From assembly GCA_035697845.1 (NCBI GenBank), contig DASSCI010000060.1:1813-65812 (forward strand): a stretch of 64,000 nt of DNA. The letters run 5' to 3'. The notes under the pieces are model-generated. The model did not search any database. It had not been told where the DNA came from and saw only the letters and a list, made by a program, of their open reading frames with translations. Source of the stretch: Candidatus Limnocylindria bacterium. Lineage in GTDB: Bacteria; Chloroflexota; Limnocylindria; QHBO01. The translations under genes and the position numbers were made by a program. This document shows positions 9,628 to 18,540 of this stretch, one piece after another; positions within the stretch are counted from its first letter, which is position 1; each line of letters begins with the position of its first letter.

Positions 9628-10043
9628 GTTCCTCCTGGAGTGGCTGACACCTCGACGAAGTCGACCTTCGCGGGTGCATAGATCTCGAGCAGCCGGGCGT
9701 CGTCGTCGCCGATGTTCGTGGCCGAATGGGGGACGCCGGGCGGAATGAAGACGGTGTCGCCGGGACCGGCGTCGTGGTCGACACCGTCGACCCGGATGCG
9801 AACGCGGCCCGAGAGGACGTGGTAGACGTTCTCGGCGGTGGTGTGCAGGTGGTACGGGCCGGGCGCCGAGCCGGCCAGGATGACGTTGAGGTGCAGATCG
9901 ACCTGCTCGGCGCCGATCTCGGGGTCGACCAGCTTGATCATCGCGCCGCGGCCGTAGCGGAGCTGCGACTCGCGTCCCTCGCCGTCACGGATGACGTGGG
10001 CGCGTCGACGGGGGCCCGTGGCGCCCGCATCGGTCTGGCTCAT
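9624..10043 (-). CDS. Small cupin-domain protein.
   Basis: 139 aa. Cupin motifs HLHTTAENVYHVLSGRVRI and GDTVFIPPGVPHSATN. ATG at 10043 overlaps the permease stop (ATGA). I rejected the N-terminal extension of track ORF 9624..10793 as out-of-frame shadow. Confidence 0.7.
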   Translation of the reverse strand: MSQTDAGATGPRRRAHVIRDGEGRESQLRYGRGAMIKLVDPEIGAEQVDLHLNVILAGSAPGPYHLHTTAENVYHVLSGRVRIRVDGVDHDAGPGDTVFIPPGVPHSATNIGDDDARLLEIYAPAKVDFVEVSATPGGT

Positions 10044-10906
10044 GCGCCCTCCTCGGCATGACGGTGATCCCATGGCATGAGGCGCCGTTCGAGGCGCTTG
10101 AGGCCGGCGGTCAGGGCGACGCTGACGACCATGATCGCCAGGATCGGCACGAACAGGTTCGCGGTCTGGAAGAAGTTCGCGAAGCGGATGATCATGCCGC
10201 CCAGACCCGTGATGATGGCCGTCATCTCGGCCACGATCACGCCCACCAGCGCCTGGCTCAGCGCGACCCGGATGCCGGCGAAGATGAACGGCATGGCGCC
10301 CGGCAGGACGACCGTGGTGACCACCTGGCGCTCGCTGGCGCAGGCAACGCGCGCGACGTCGAGCAGCTCGACGTCGACGTTCTTGACGCCGGCCATGGTG
10401 TTGATGATCACCGGGAAGACCCCGGCGATGAAGACCAGCGCCAGGCGCAGCTCGGTGTCGATCCCGAACCAGATCACGAGCAGCGGGATGAGGGCGATCG
10501 ACGGCAGCGCGTACAGGAAGCTGACATAGGGGTCGAGCACGTACTCGAGCGTCCGGAAGCGGCCCATGAACAGGCCGATGAGCACGCCGACCACGATGGC
10601 CAGCCCGAAGCCGGCGATGAGCGCGCCGATGCTGATGGCCAGCGCGCCCCACAGCGTGCCATCGGTGATGGTCAGCTCGATGATGCTCTCGAGAATCGCC
10701 GATGGCGGCGCGAACAACGCCCGGCTGACGCCGCTGGCATACAGCTCCCAGGCGACGATGAGGATGACGAACGTGACGATCCGGACGGTCCACACCCCCG
10801 TCCGCGTGTAGAGGAACCCGCGGCGGGTCGCGCGGTGGTGCGAGTGGTGCAGCGCCGAGGCGCGGACGGGCGCGCCGCCGGGGTGCGCGGCCGGCTTCGG
10901 GGTCAT
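10040..10906 (-). CDS. ABC transporter permease (NitT/TauT family, BPD_transp_1).
   Basis: 288 aa with 6 transmembrane helices and the EAA-like loop ALSQALVGVIVAEM. ATG at 10906 overlaps the stop of the upstream permease (ATGA). Confidence 0.8.
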   Translation of the reverse strand: MTPKPAAHPGGAPVRASALHHSHHRATRRGFLYTRTGVWTVRIVTFVILIVAWELYASGVSRALFAPPSAILESIIELTITDGTLWGALAISIGALIAGFGLAIVVGVLIGLFMGRFRTLEYVLDPYVSFLYALPSIALIPLLVIWFGIDTELRLALVFIAGVFPVIINTMAGVKNVDVELLDVARVACASERQVVTTVVLPGAMPFIFAGIRVALSQALVGVIVAEMTAIITGLGGMIIRFANFFQTANLFVPILAIMVVSVALTAGLKRLERRLMPWDHRHAEEGA

Positions 10907-11676
10907 CGGATCCGCTCCACGTTGGCCCACGGCGTTGCGCGGCGCTGGAGGAAGTAGACGACCTCGGCCAGCACGATGCTGAACAGGCCCAGGATGATGA
11001 CCGGCACGAACAGCTTGTCCGTCTGGAAGAAGCGGCCGTACTGGATGATGAGCTGACCGGTGCCGGTCACCGCCGCGGTCATCTCGGCCACGATGATGCC
11101 GACCAGGGCGCGGGCCACGCCGATGCGCAGGCCGGCGAAGAGGTAGGGGATCGATGCTGGCACCACGACCGTGGTGAGCATCTGCCAGCCGTTGGCGGCG
11201 AAGGCACGACCGGTGTCGAGCAGCTCGCGGTCGACGCTCTTGGCGCCGATGTAGGTGTTGATGATGATCGGGAAGATCGAGCTGAGCACCACGATCGTGA
11301 CCCGCAGCTCGAAGTCGATCCCGACCCACAGCACGAGCAGCGGCACCAGCGCGATGCGCGGCGTGGCGTACAGCGCGCTGACGTACGGGTCCAGGATGAG
11401 GTCGACCAGGCGGATGCGGCCCATGGCGAAGCCGATGGCCACGCCGAGGACCGAGCTGATCGCGAAGCCGACGACCAGGCCCTGGAGCGTCGTCGCGAAG
11501 GCCGGCCACAGCGTGTTGTCGACGAAGGCGAGCTCGACGAAGGCCGCGACGATCGCGGTCGGGTAGGACGCCACGATCGGGTCAAGGCGGCCCAGGACCT
11601 CCCACAGGACGAGCACCGCGACGACCGAGCCGATGCGCAGCATGGTCGGGTCGCGGAGGGTCCGGGCCGAGATCAC
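10903..11676 (-). CDS. ABC transporter permease (NitT/TauT family).
   Basis: 257 aa, a paralog of the adjacent permease. Motif GVARALVGIIVAEM. Start overlaps the ATPase stop. Confidence 0.8.
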   Translation of the reverse strand: MISARTLRDPTMLRIGSVVAVLVLWEVLGRLDPIVASYPTAIVAAFVELAFVDNTLWPAFATTLQGLVVGFAISSVLGVAIGFAMGRIRLVDLILDPYVSALYATPRIALVPLLVLWVGIDFELRVTIVVLSSIFPIIINTYIGAKSVDRELLDTGRAFAANGWQMLTTVVVPASIPYLFAGLRIGVARALVGIIVAEMTAAVTGTGQLIIQYGRFFQTDKLFVPVIILGLFSIVLAEVVYFLQRRATPWANVERIR

Positions 11677-12482
11677 GCCGGCGTCTCCATCGGCGTCGTG
11701 TCCTCCGCCGCGTCGGAGCGCTCCTCGTCCTCCGCGAGCTCGCGCTCGAGCATTCCCCAGATCTCGCCACGGATCTGGGCGTACTCCGGCTCTGCGCGGA
11801 AGTTGTAGTCGTACCGCGGCCGGCGAAGGTCGACGGCGAATTCGCGGATGATGCGCCCGGGGTGCGTGCCCATCACCACGATCCGGTCGGAGAGGTATAC
11901 GGCCTCGTCGATCGAGTGCGTGACGAACAGGATCGTCAGGCTGGTCTGCTCGGCGATCTTCTGGAGCTCGCCCTGGAGGTGCTCGCGGGTCAGGGCGTCG
12001 AGCGCGCCGAACGGCTCGTCCATGAGCAGCAGCTTCGGCTCGATGGCCAGGGCGCGCGCGATGCCCACGCGCTGGCGCATGCCGCCGGAGATCTCACCTG
12101 GATAGTGGTGGGCGTACTTCTCCAGGCCCAGCATGCGCAGCCAGCGCATGGCGCGCTCCTCGCGCTCCTGCTTCGGGACTTTCTGGATCTCGAGGCCGTA
12201 GGCGGCGTTGGCCAGGGTGGTGCGCCACGGAAAGAGGTTGAAGTGCTGGAAGACGACGGCCTTGTCGCGCGACGGGCCGACGCTCGGGACGCCGGCCACG
12301 GTGACGTCACCGGAGGTTGCCGGGAGGAGCCCGGCCACGATCCGCAGCAGGGTGGTCTTGCCGCAGCCGCTGGGGCCGATGAGGGAGACGAACTCGCCTT
12401 CGGCGGCCGTCAGTGAGAAGTCGTCGAGGACGGGCTGGGCGACCCGACCGAAGGATTTCGAGACGTGCTGGATATCGAGCAC
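11673..12482 (-). CDS. ABC transporter ATP-binding protein.
   Basis: Walker [13 protein letters not shown] signature LSGGMRQRVGIARAL, Walker B LLLMDEPFGALD. Confidence 0.9.
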   Translation of the reverse strand: MLDIQHVSKSFGRVAQPVLDDFSLTAAEGEFVSLIGPSGCGKTTLLRIVAGLLPATSGDVTVAGVPSVGPSRDKAVVFQHFNLFPWRTTLANAAYGLEIQKVPKQEREERAMRWLRMLGLEKYAHHYPGEISGGMRQRVGIARALAIEPKLLLMDEPFGALDALTREHLQGELQKIAEQTSLTILFVTHSIDEAVYLSDRIVVMGTHPGRIIREFAVDLRRPRYDYNFRAEPEYAQIRGEIWGMLERELAEDEERSDAAEDTTPMETPA

Positions 12483-12507
12483 CGTGGGCTCCGCTGCGGA
12501 TGACGCG

Positions 12508-12539
12508 GGTCCCCGGCGGAATCGGCTCCGCCGGGGACC
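12508..12539 (-). terminator. Intercistronic GC-rich stem-loop (13-bp perfect stem) between the substrate-binding protein gene and the ATPase gene.
   Basis: GGTCCCCGGCGGA-loop-TCCGCCGGGGACC inverted repeat read directly in the 66-bp gap between the genes. This fits a partial terminator or mRNA stabiliser giving differential expression of the binding protein. Confidence 0.4.
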
Positions 12540-12548
12540 GGTGGGTTC

Positions 12549-13634
12549 CTACTGCTCCCCGTTACGCTCGAGATAGCTCTCCACGAACGAGGGATCGGCC
12601 CATTCCTCGATGGCCGGAGCGCTGTCGTCCAGCGTCCCCACCTCCGTCTCGATGGCCACGGTGTTCTCCAGGAGATCGGTGCTCATGCCGCCGTTGACGG
12701 CGAACATGCCGATGTCCTTGAAGATGTCGTACGCCTGGTCGCGAGCCTCATCGGAGGGACCCTCGACGGTATCGGCCGAGCGCTCAATGTACTCGTCCTT
12801 GTTCTCGTCGGCCCACCGCACCGAGTCGACGAACAGGTCGACCATGAGCTGGGCGAGGTTCGGGTTGGCCGCCAGCCAGTCATCGGTCACGATGAGGCCG
12901 TGCTGGAGGTAGTCCGGCACCGCCTCGCCGTAGGCGAAGAGGTTCTTGAGCCCCTCCTCGGCGGCCGTCAGGCCCTCCGCTGCGTGGGCCGGGCCGGCCT
13001 CGATCTGGCCCTCCAGCAGCGCGGACATGCGCGCTCCGGTGCCGCCGATCTGGACGAAGTTGACGGCGTCGACGTCGACGCCCTCGCGGTCGAGCACGAC
13101 CCGGGTCAGCGTGTCGCTGATGTCACCCGGCGTCGAGATCCCGACGCGCTGTCCCTCGAGGTCGGACAGCGACTCGACCTCCGGCTGGCTGATGAGGAGA
13201 TAGTCCGGCGCCTGGAGGTCGCTGGCGATGACCTTCACGCCCTCGCCGCTCTCCTGGACCAGCAGGATGGCCGACAGCAGGGTGCCGACGGCCACATCGG
13301 CCTCGCCGGCGACGAGCGCGCGGAAGGCATCCTGCGAGGACTCGAAGTAGTTGTCCTCGACTGTCAGGCCCTCGCCCTCGAGGTCCTCCAGCCACTTGAA
13401 GTTCATGATCTGGGTGAAGTCCGGCTGCGAGGCGAACGCGACTCGCAGGGAGTCGGACTCCGGCTCGCCGGGGCCTTCGGCGGCCTCACTCGGTGCGGTC
13501 GACTCCGCCGGCTCGGATGCGGGCGCTTCCGACGGCTCGGACGCTTCGCTGGCCGAAGGGCTTGACGTTCCGCTCGTGCAGGCCGCCACCAGAAGGGCCA
13601 GCAGTACGAGAAGCACGGGTACTCGTAACTTCAT
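12549..13634 (-). CDS. ABC transporter substrate-binding lipoprotein (NMT1/THI5/SsuA-like).
   Basis: Start MKLRVPVLLVLLALLVAAC, with a signal peptide, a lipobox cysteine and a GGAAGAGGAACG Shine-Dalgarno motif. The fold is consistent with the aliphatic-sulfonate/nitrate binding-protein family. I trimmed the N-terminal extension of the track ORF. Confidence 0.7.
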   Translation of the reverse strand: MKLRVPVLLVLLALLVAACTSGTSSPSASEASEPSEAPASEPAESTAPSEAAEGPGEPESDSLRVAFASQPDFTQIMNFKWLEDLEGEGLTVEDNYFESSQDAFRALVAGEADVAVGTLLSAILLVQESGEGVKVIASDLQAPDYLLISQPEVESLSDLEGQRVGISTPGDISDTLTRVVLDREGVDVDAVNFVQIGGTGARMSALLEGQIEAGPAHAAEGLTAAEEGLKNLFAYGEAVPDYLQHGLIVTDDWLAANPNLAQLMVDLFVDSVRWADENKDEYIERSADTVEGPSDEARDQAYDIFKDIGMFAVNGGMSTDLLENTVAIETEVGTLDDSAPAIEEWADPSFVESYLERNGEQ

Positions 13635-14416
13635 TTGGTCGTTCCTCTTCCTACTCGGTTGGTCGTCATGTCCGCGAGCACGACCTCCTTGCCGTGCTCG
13701 AGGTGTAGGTGGATCACTCGCTCCGCCGTGTCCGAGTCGCGCTGCCACAGGGCGTCGAGGATCTCCCGATGCTCCCGTATCGACCGGCCACGCTGTTCGT
13801 CGGTGTAAAGGCGGAGGACCTGGTACGACATGTACTGCGGATGCAGCCGCTCGACGAGCTGGATGAGACGGCGGCTGCGGGAGGCCTCGGTGATGCGCCG
13901 GTGGAGCTCACCGTTGAGCTCGACCAGCCGGTCGACGTCGGTCGGCGGCGACGCCACGATGCCTTCCATCTCGCGCTGGAGCTCGTCGAGCGACTCCAGC
14001 TCCGGGCGGGTGATGCTCTCGGCCGCCATGGCGGCTGCCAGCCCTTCCAACCGCTCCCGGATCAGGAAGACGTGCGCCACGTCCTCCATCAGGTCGGCGA
14101 CGACATAGCCGCGGTTCGGCTCGGATCGAACCAGACCGTCCGACTCCAGGCGCCGAAGCGCGTCGCGCACCGGCGTGCGGCTCACGGCCAGCGCCGATGC
14201 CAGGTCGGACTCGATGAGCCGGCTGTTCGCCGGCAGGTGGCCGGTTCGCAGCGCCTGGCTGATGGCGTGGTAGACGGCCGCGCTCAGCGGAGCCTCACCT
14301 CGGTCGAGAGCCTCCAGATCGAGGACGGCCGCCCTCCCGGACGGAGCCGACTGCGATGCCGGCCCCGGTGCCTCGTGCGATGCCGGCGGCGACGCCGGTT
14401 GCGTGTCAGGCTGCAT
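13631..14416 (-). CDS. GntR-family transcriptional regulator (FadR/FCD subfamily).
   Basis: Winged HTH SRLIESDLASALAVSRTPVRDALRRLESDGLV, with an FCD-type all-helical C-terminal domain. Start chosen at M24 (ATG 14416) to leave a 92-bp divergent promoter region. Confidence 0.75.
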   Translation of the reverse strand: MQPDTQPASPPASHEAPGPASQSAPSGRAAVLDLEALDRGEAPLSAAVYHAISQALRTGHLPANSRLIESDLASALAVSRTPVRDALRRLESDGLVRSEPNRGYVVADLMEDVAHVFLIRERLEGLAAAMAAESITRPELESLDELQREMEGIVASPPTDVDRLVELNGELHRRITEASRSRRLIQLVERLHPQYMSYQVLRLYTDEQRGRSIREHREILDALWQRDSDTAERVIHLHLEHGKEVVLADMTTNRVGRGTTK

Positions 14417-14508
14417 ACGAATGACGGGCAGTGTATACAATCCGTCAAGATCGTGTCCCTTGATCATTCGCACCATTCGCGACATTCGTGACTTCGAAGG
14501 AGTGAGCG
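14417..14508. promoter_or_regulatory. Divergent promoter/operator region between the GntR regulator gene and the second hydantoinase gene.
   Basis: The region is locally AT-richer than its surroundings. It holds a perfect 8-bp palindrome TGTATACA at 14432-14439 and three tandem 9-bp direct repeats ATTCGCACC / ATTCGCGAC / ATTCGTGAC at 14467-14493. These precede GAAGGAG and the TTG start at 14509. Confidence 0.4.
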
Positions 14509-15936
14509 TTGGAGTACGACCTCCGCATTCGGGGCGGCACCGTCCAGACGCCGACCGGCCCGCTGGTGACGGACCTGCTGATCAGCGATGAGCGCATCGC
14601 CGGCCTGGTTGCCCCGGACGCCGAGGCGACGGCGCGGGAGAAGATCGACGCCTCCGGCCTATGGGTCCTGCCCGGCCTGGTCGACCTCCACGTTCACGCC
14701 CGCGTCCCCGGCTACGACTACAAGGAGGACTTCCGCACCGCCTCGCGGGCCGCGGCCGTCGGCGGCGTGACGACCTTCGTCGACATGCCGAACCTCGAGC
14801 CACCCACGACCACGGTGGAGCTGCTGGAGCAGCGGCGCGCGCTGGCGGAGCGTGACTCCCACGTCGACTTCGGCCACTTCGCCTCGTCACGCAACCTCGA
14901 GGAGATCCCGAAGCTGGCGGCGGCGGGTGCTGCCGGCTTCAAGACGTTCCAGGTGGGTGGCGGCTATCCGCACGACCCGCGACTGGTGATGAGCGACCCG
15001 GCCGAGCTGTACGCGACGTTCGCGGCAATCGCCGAGACCGGCCTGCCGTGCGTCGTCCATCCCTTCACCCAGTCCCTGATGGACTACCTGAGCGAGGTGC
15101 GGTTCGCGGCCGGCGAGCCTCGCGACATCCGCACCTTCAGCTACGTGTACACGCGCGACATCGTGTGGAGCTCATCGGTCGCGGTGCTGCTCGAGATCCA
15201 GCGCGAGACCGGCGCGCGGCTCCACCTGCTGCACACCCATTCGTCGGCCAGCCTGCGGCTCATCCGGCAGGCGAAGGCCGATGGAGCGGCCGTGACCGCA
15301 GCGATCGACCCCAAGTACTTCCACCTTCGCGGCGAGGACCTCGCCGAGCACGGGGCGCGTGGCCTGCCGGGCGGCTTCATCGTCGAGGATGCGGACCGGA
15401 TGGCCGCCATCTACGGCGCCCTGGACGACGGGACGCTGGACGTCATCGACTCCGACCACGCGCCGCACACCCTGGACGACCTGAAGCGCATGGAAGCCGA
15501 TCCCTGGACCGGCCCCTGGGGCGGGCCGCACCTGGAGCACATCCTCTCGCTGCTCCTGACCGATGTCGCCGACGGCAAGCTCCGCCTCGGGCGCCTCGTG
15601 GCGCTGCTCTCGGAGAACCCGGCGCGGATCCTGGGCCTGTACCCGCGCAAGGGTGCCCTGCTCCCGGGCTCCGATGCCGACCTGGTCATCGTCGATCCCG
15701 ACCGCGCGGTGGTGCCGCAGGACGAGGGCATGGAATCGAAGTCGGCGTGGACGCCCTACGCCGGCTGGCAGCTCCGCGGTGCGCCGATCCTGACGATGCT
15801 GCGCGGAACCGTCATCTCGCGTGACGGCGAGGTGCTCAACGAGCCCGGCAGCGGCCGCCACATCTCGGGCGTGGCGCAGCGCAACGTCGCAGCGACGCCC
15901 GGCACGGCGCCCGGCCTGGCGCTGGAGCGCGTCTGA
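14509..15936 (+). CDS. Dihydropyrimidinase / hydantoinase paralog.
   Basis: TTG start 6 nt after GAAGGAG. Motifs GLVDLHVHARVPG and GGVTTFVDMPN. Roughly 45-50% identical to the 8248-9627 product by eye. Confidence 0.85.
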   Translation: MEYDLRIRGGTVQTPTGPLVTDLLISDERIAGLVAPDAEATAREKIDASGLWVLPGLVDLHVHARVPGYDYKEDFRTASRAAAVGGVTTFVDMPNLEPPTTTVELLEQRRALAERDSHVDFGHFASSRNLEEIPKLAAAGAAGFKTFQVGGGYPHDPRLVMSDPAELYATFAAIAETGLPCVVHPFTQSLMDYLSEVRFAAGEPRDIRTFSYVYTRDIVWSSSVAVLLEIQRETGARLHLLHTHSSASLRLIRQAKADGAAVTAAIDPKYFHLRGEDLAEHGARGLPGGFIVEDADRMAAIYGALDDGTLDVIDSDHAPHTLDDLKRMEADPWTGPWGGPHLEHILSLLLTDVADGKLRLGRLVALLSENPARILGLYPRKGALLPGSDADLVIVDPDRAVVPQDEGMESKSAWTPYAGWQLRGAPILTMLRGTVISRDGEVLNEPGSGRHISGVAQRNVAATPGTAPGLALERV

Positions 15937-15938
15937 TC

Positions 15939-17120
15939 TTGTCGTCCTCGTCGCCCGCGATGCTCGACGTGCTGGCCGAGCTGGTCGCGATCCCCAGCCA
16001 CGTCAGCCAGCCCGACGGCATCGCTGCAGTCGCCCGCATCGTCGGTTCGTCGCTCGCCGGCGCCGGCTTCGAGCCGATCGCGGCGACGCCGCCCACGCGG
16101 CGCGCGCCGGGGTGGGCGGAGCGGGTCCTGAGCCCCGAGGTCGAGTTCGATCGACTGCTCGACCCCTTCGTCTGGCGCCGAGCGGGCGACGCCGCCGGTG
16201 AGATGCTGATCCTGGCCGACCTCGATGCCGCGCTGGCCCTCGACGCAGCAGACTGCCGCCTCACCGTGGCCGGCCGCCGGGCGACCGGTCCGGCGGTGGC
16301 CGACATGAAGGGCGGCCTCGTGGTGCTGGTCGAGGCCATGCGGCGCGTGGCTGACGCTCCAGGGCGGGCACCCTCCATCACGGTGGTGCTCTCCGCCGAT
16401 GAGCAGGCCGGATCCCTGCGGTCCGCGGCAACCATCGAGCGTCTCGCCGCCGGAGCCTCGTGGTGCGTGTGCCTGGAGTGCGGGCGGGACGGGGGTCGGC
16501 TGATGCGCAGCCGTGGGCACATTGGCGTCGGCCTGCTCACGGCGACCGGGGTCGAGGCGCATGCCGGCAGCGCGCGCGCCGCGGGCGTCAACGCGGTCAC
16601 GGCGCTGTCGCGCGGCGTCGCCGCCATCGACGGCGATGGCATCAGCGGCCGGCACGCGACCGTGACGCCCACGATCCTGTCAGGCGGCCGCCGGCGGAGC
16701 ATCGTGCCGGGCAGGGCAACCGCGGTGCTCGACCTTCGGGCCCGAGATGCACGCGCCTGGGAGGCGCTCGAGAGCCGCGTCCGAGCCGCGCTGGCGGCGG
16801 CCGACCCGGGCGAGCGGCTGCAGCTCGACGTGTTCGTCCACCGGCCCGGCCTCGCGGCGACCGACCTGACCGCCTGGTTCCTGGCGGTGGTCCACGACGT
16901 GGGCGCCCGGCTGGGCATCGACATCGATGCGATCGACAGCCTCGCGGCGGGCAGCTCGGCCTTCGTCGACTCCGCTCGCATCCCGGTCCTCGACGGTCTC
17001 GGGCCGGCCGGCGGCGCGCTGATGACGGCGGACGAATACGTCGAGGTCGACTCGCTCGAGTCGCGGGCGGCGCTGCTGGCGGCGCTCGTGGCCGAGTTGG
17101 GGACGCGCGCCGCGCGCTGA
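15939..17120 (+). CDS. M20-family metallohydrolase (N-carbamoyl-amino-acid amidohydrolase / ArgE-DapE-like).
   Basis: ADMKGG motif (the M20 catalytic Asp and metal site). 393 aa. Lies 3 nt after the hydantoinase stop. Confidence 0.7.
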   Translation: MSSSSPAMLDVLAELVAIPSHVSQPDGIAAVARIVGSSLAGAGFEPIAATPPTRRAPGWAERVLSPEVEFDRLLDPFVWRRAGDAAGEMLILADLDAALALDAADCRLTVAGRRATGPAVADMKGGLVVLVEAMRRVADAPGRAPSITVVLSADEQAGSLRSAATIERLAAGASWCVCLECGRDGGRLMRSRGHIGVGLLTATGVEAHAGSARAAGVNAVTALSRGVAAIDGDGISGRHATVTPTILSGGRRRSIVPGRATAVLDLRARDARAWEALESRVRAALAAADPGERLQLDVFVHRPGLAATDLTAWFLAVVHDVGARLGIDIDAIDSLAAGSSAFVDSARIPVLDGLGPAGGALMTADEYVEVDSLESRAALLAALVAELGTRAAR

Positions 17121-17136
17121 AGCCTGGGGCGGGCTC

Positions 17137-17865
17137 CTACGACTCGGGGTCGGACGCGTCGGGCTCGGCGGCCGGGGCGGGGAACATCGTGCCGAGCTCC
17201 CGCTGGCTCCGCGCCACGCGGCCGAACGAGACCCGGACGATCACAGTAAGCACGAGCGCCGCCCCACCCACGCCGATCCAGATGGCGAGGTCGCCCGACG
17301 CGCCGAACAGGAGGGCAAGGACCGAGGCCAGCACGCCACCCACCATGGAAGTGATGAGGCCGATCATGCCGCCGGAGGTCGTGAACGCGTACACCATGTC
17401 GTTGCCGCCGGTCTGGCCGTACGTCGCGACGATCGAGCCGATGTCGTCGTTCGTGGGCGAGGTGAAGTATCGGCCCACCGGCGGGGCGATCTCGAGATAC
17501 GCGTGGCGAATGCGCGCCATGCCCTGCACGGCGCGGAAATCGTCCTCGTTCGCGCCCATGATCCGCCCGTATGTCGTCAGCCCGATCAGGAAGTCGAAGG
17601 CGAGCACGATCGCCGCGATGGTCAGGAACTGCTCACCGAACGACATCGCCGACGCCAGCAGGGCCAGGGCGACGAACGACATGGACAGGAAGGTGAGAAA
17701 CATCCCGCCGCGAGTGAAGGCCTCGTTGTAGGCGAGCGACCGCGACGTGAGCAGGCTCCAGTGCTCGGTGCTCAGGATCTGGACCGCCCGCGGGTCGTCC
17801 AGCGACGTCACCGGCCCGGGCGCCTGTGAATGCTTGACCGATGCGGTCGTCGACTCCTGTTCCAC
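17137..17865 (-). CDS. Hypothetical integral membrane protein.
   Basis: 242 aa with 4-5 hydrophobic helices. Convergent with the M20 gene, 16-bp gap. Confidence 0.5.
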   Translation of the reverse strand: MEQESTTASVKHSQAPGPVTSLDDPRAVQILSTEHWSLLTSRSLAYNEAFTRGGMFLTFLSMSFVALALLASAMSFGEQFLTIAAIVLAFDFLIGLTTYGRIMGANEDDFRAVQGMARIRHAYLEIAPPVGRYFTSPTNDDIGSIVATYGQTGGNDMVYAFTTSGGMIGLITSMVGGVLASVLALLFGASGDLAIWIGVGGAALVLTVIVRVSFGRVARSQRELGTMFPAPAAEPDASDPES

Positions 17866-17948
17866 GTGCGTGCACCTCTGCTAGGGCTCGGCCGACATAG
17901 TCGGATTGTGCGGTGGCTCTTGCCCGCGTGTCGATAATCACCGCAACC

Positions 17949-18524
17949 ATGACATTCGCGGACGGATGGACCTGTCGTGCGTGCTGGAAGTCCAATCGCC
18001 AGCAGGATCCCGTCTGCTATCGGTGCAAGACGCCGCGCGATGCGGACGAGGCCCAGATCGAGGAGCGCAAGGCCGCGGCGGAGTCGGCGGCAGCCACCCC
18101 CGAGAGGGTGCCGGATTTGCTCGTCGCCCTGCCGGTCGTGATCTTCAGGAGCTACTCGCGGGTCTGGATCCGCGGAGGGCTGGGCGTGCTCGGCATCCTG
18201 GCCTTCCTCGTCTTCGGCGGCGTCACGGACATCGGCTACTTGGCGCTCACCGGTGGCATGGGTGCGGGGCTGATCGTCATCGGCTTCCTCTCCGGTGAGG
18301 TCTCGGACGCGATGCGCAATCGCGAGGCGTGGGCGTTCGTGATCGGCGCCGGGCTGTCGGTCGTGGCCGTCATCGGCTCGGTGATGGCGTTCGAGATCCT
18401 GGCGCCGGGGCTCGTCAATCCGACCGCCATCCGGTGGGGAAGCGTCATCGTCTTCGGCGGCGCCGGCGTGGCGGCGATCGCCGGCCTCGTCCTGCTGCTC
18501 ACGCGGCGCGACGTCGCGGGCTAG
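17949..18524 (+). CDS. Zinc-ribbon (CxxC...CxxC) membrane protein.
   Basis: N-terminus CRACW...CYRC, followed by 4 hydrophobic helices. Start placed at the internal Met. Confidence 0.45.
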   Translation: MTFADGWTCRACWKSNRQQDPVCYRCKTPRDADEAQIEERKAAAESAAATPERVPDLLVALPVVIFRSYSRVWIRGGLGVLGILAFLVFGGVTDIGYLALTGGMGAGLIVIGFLSGEVSDAMRNREAWAFVIGAGLSVVAVIGSVMAFEILAPGLVNPTAIRWGSVIVFGGAGVAAIAGLVLLLTRRDVAG

Positions 18525-18540
18525 CCGCCGATCGTCGCGG

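Noticed and set aside
8236-9784. Forward 481-aa and reverse 459-aa ORFs (8405..9784) overlapping the hydantoinase gene.
   Set aside because: Only the 8248..9627 minus-frame ORF encodes the amidohydrolase metal-binding motifs. The others are alternative-frame shadows.
10040-11509. Single 489-aa ORF merging a permease with upstream out-of-frame sequence.
   Set aside because: An internal ATG at 10906 gives a canonical 288-aa permease with ATGA coupling to the upstream permease stop. The extension overlaps the real neighbouring permease gene in another frame.
15836-16981. 381-aa reverse ORF antisense to the M20 hydrolase gene.
   Set aside because: It has Ser/Arg/Ala-rich shadow composition, while the forward frame carries the M20 ADMKGG motif.
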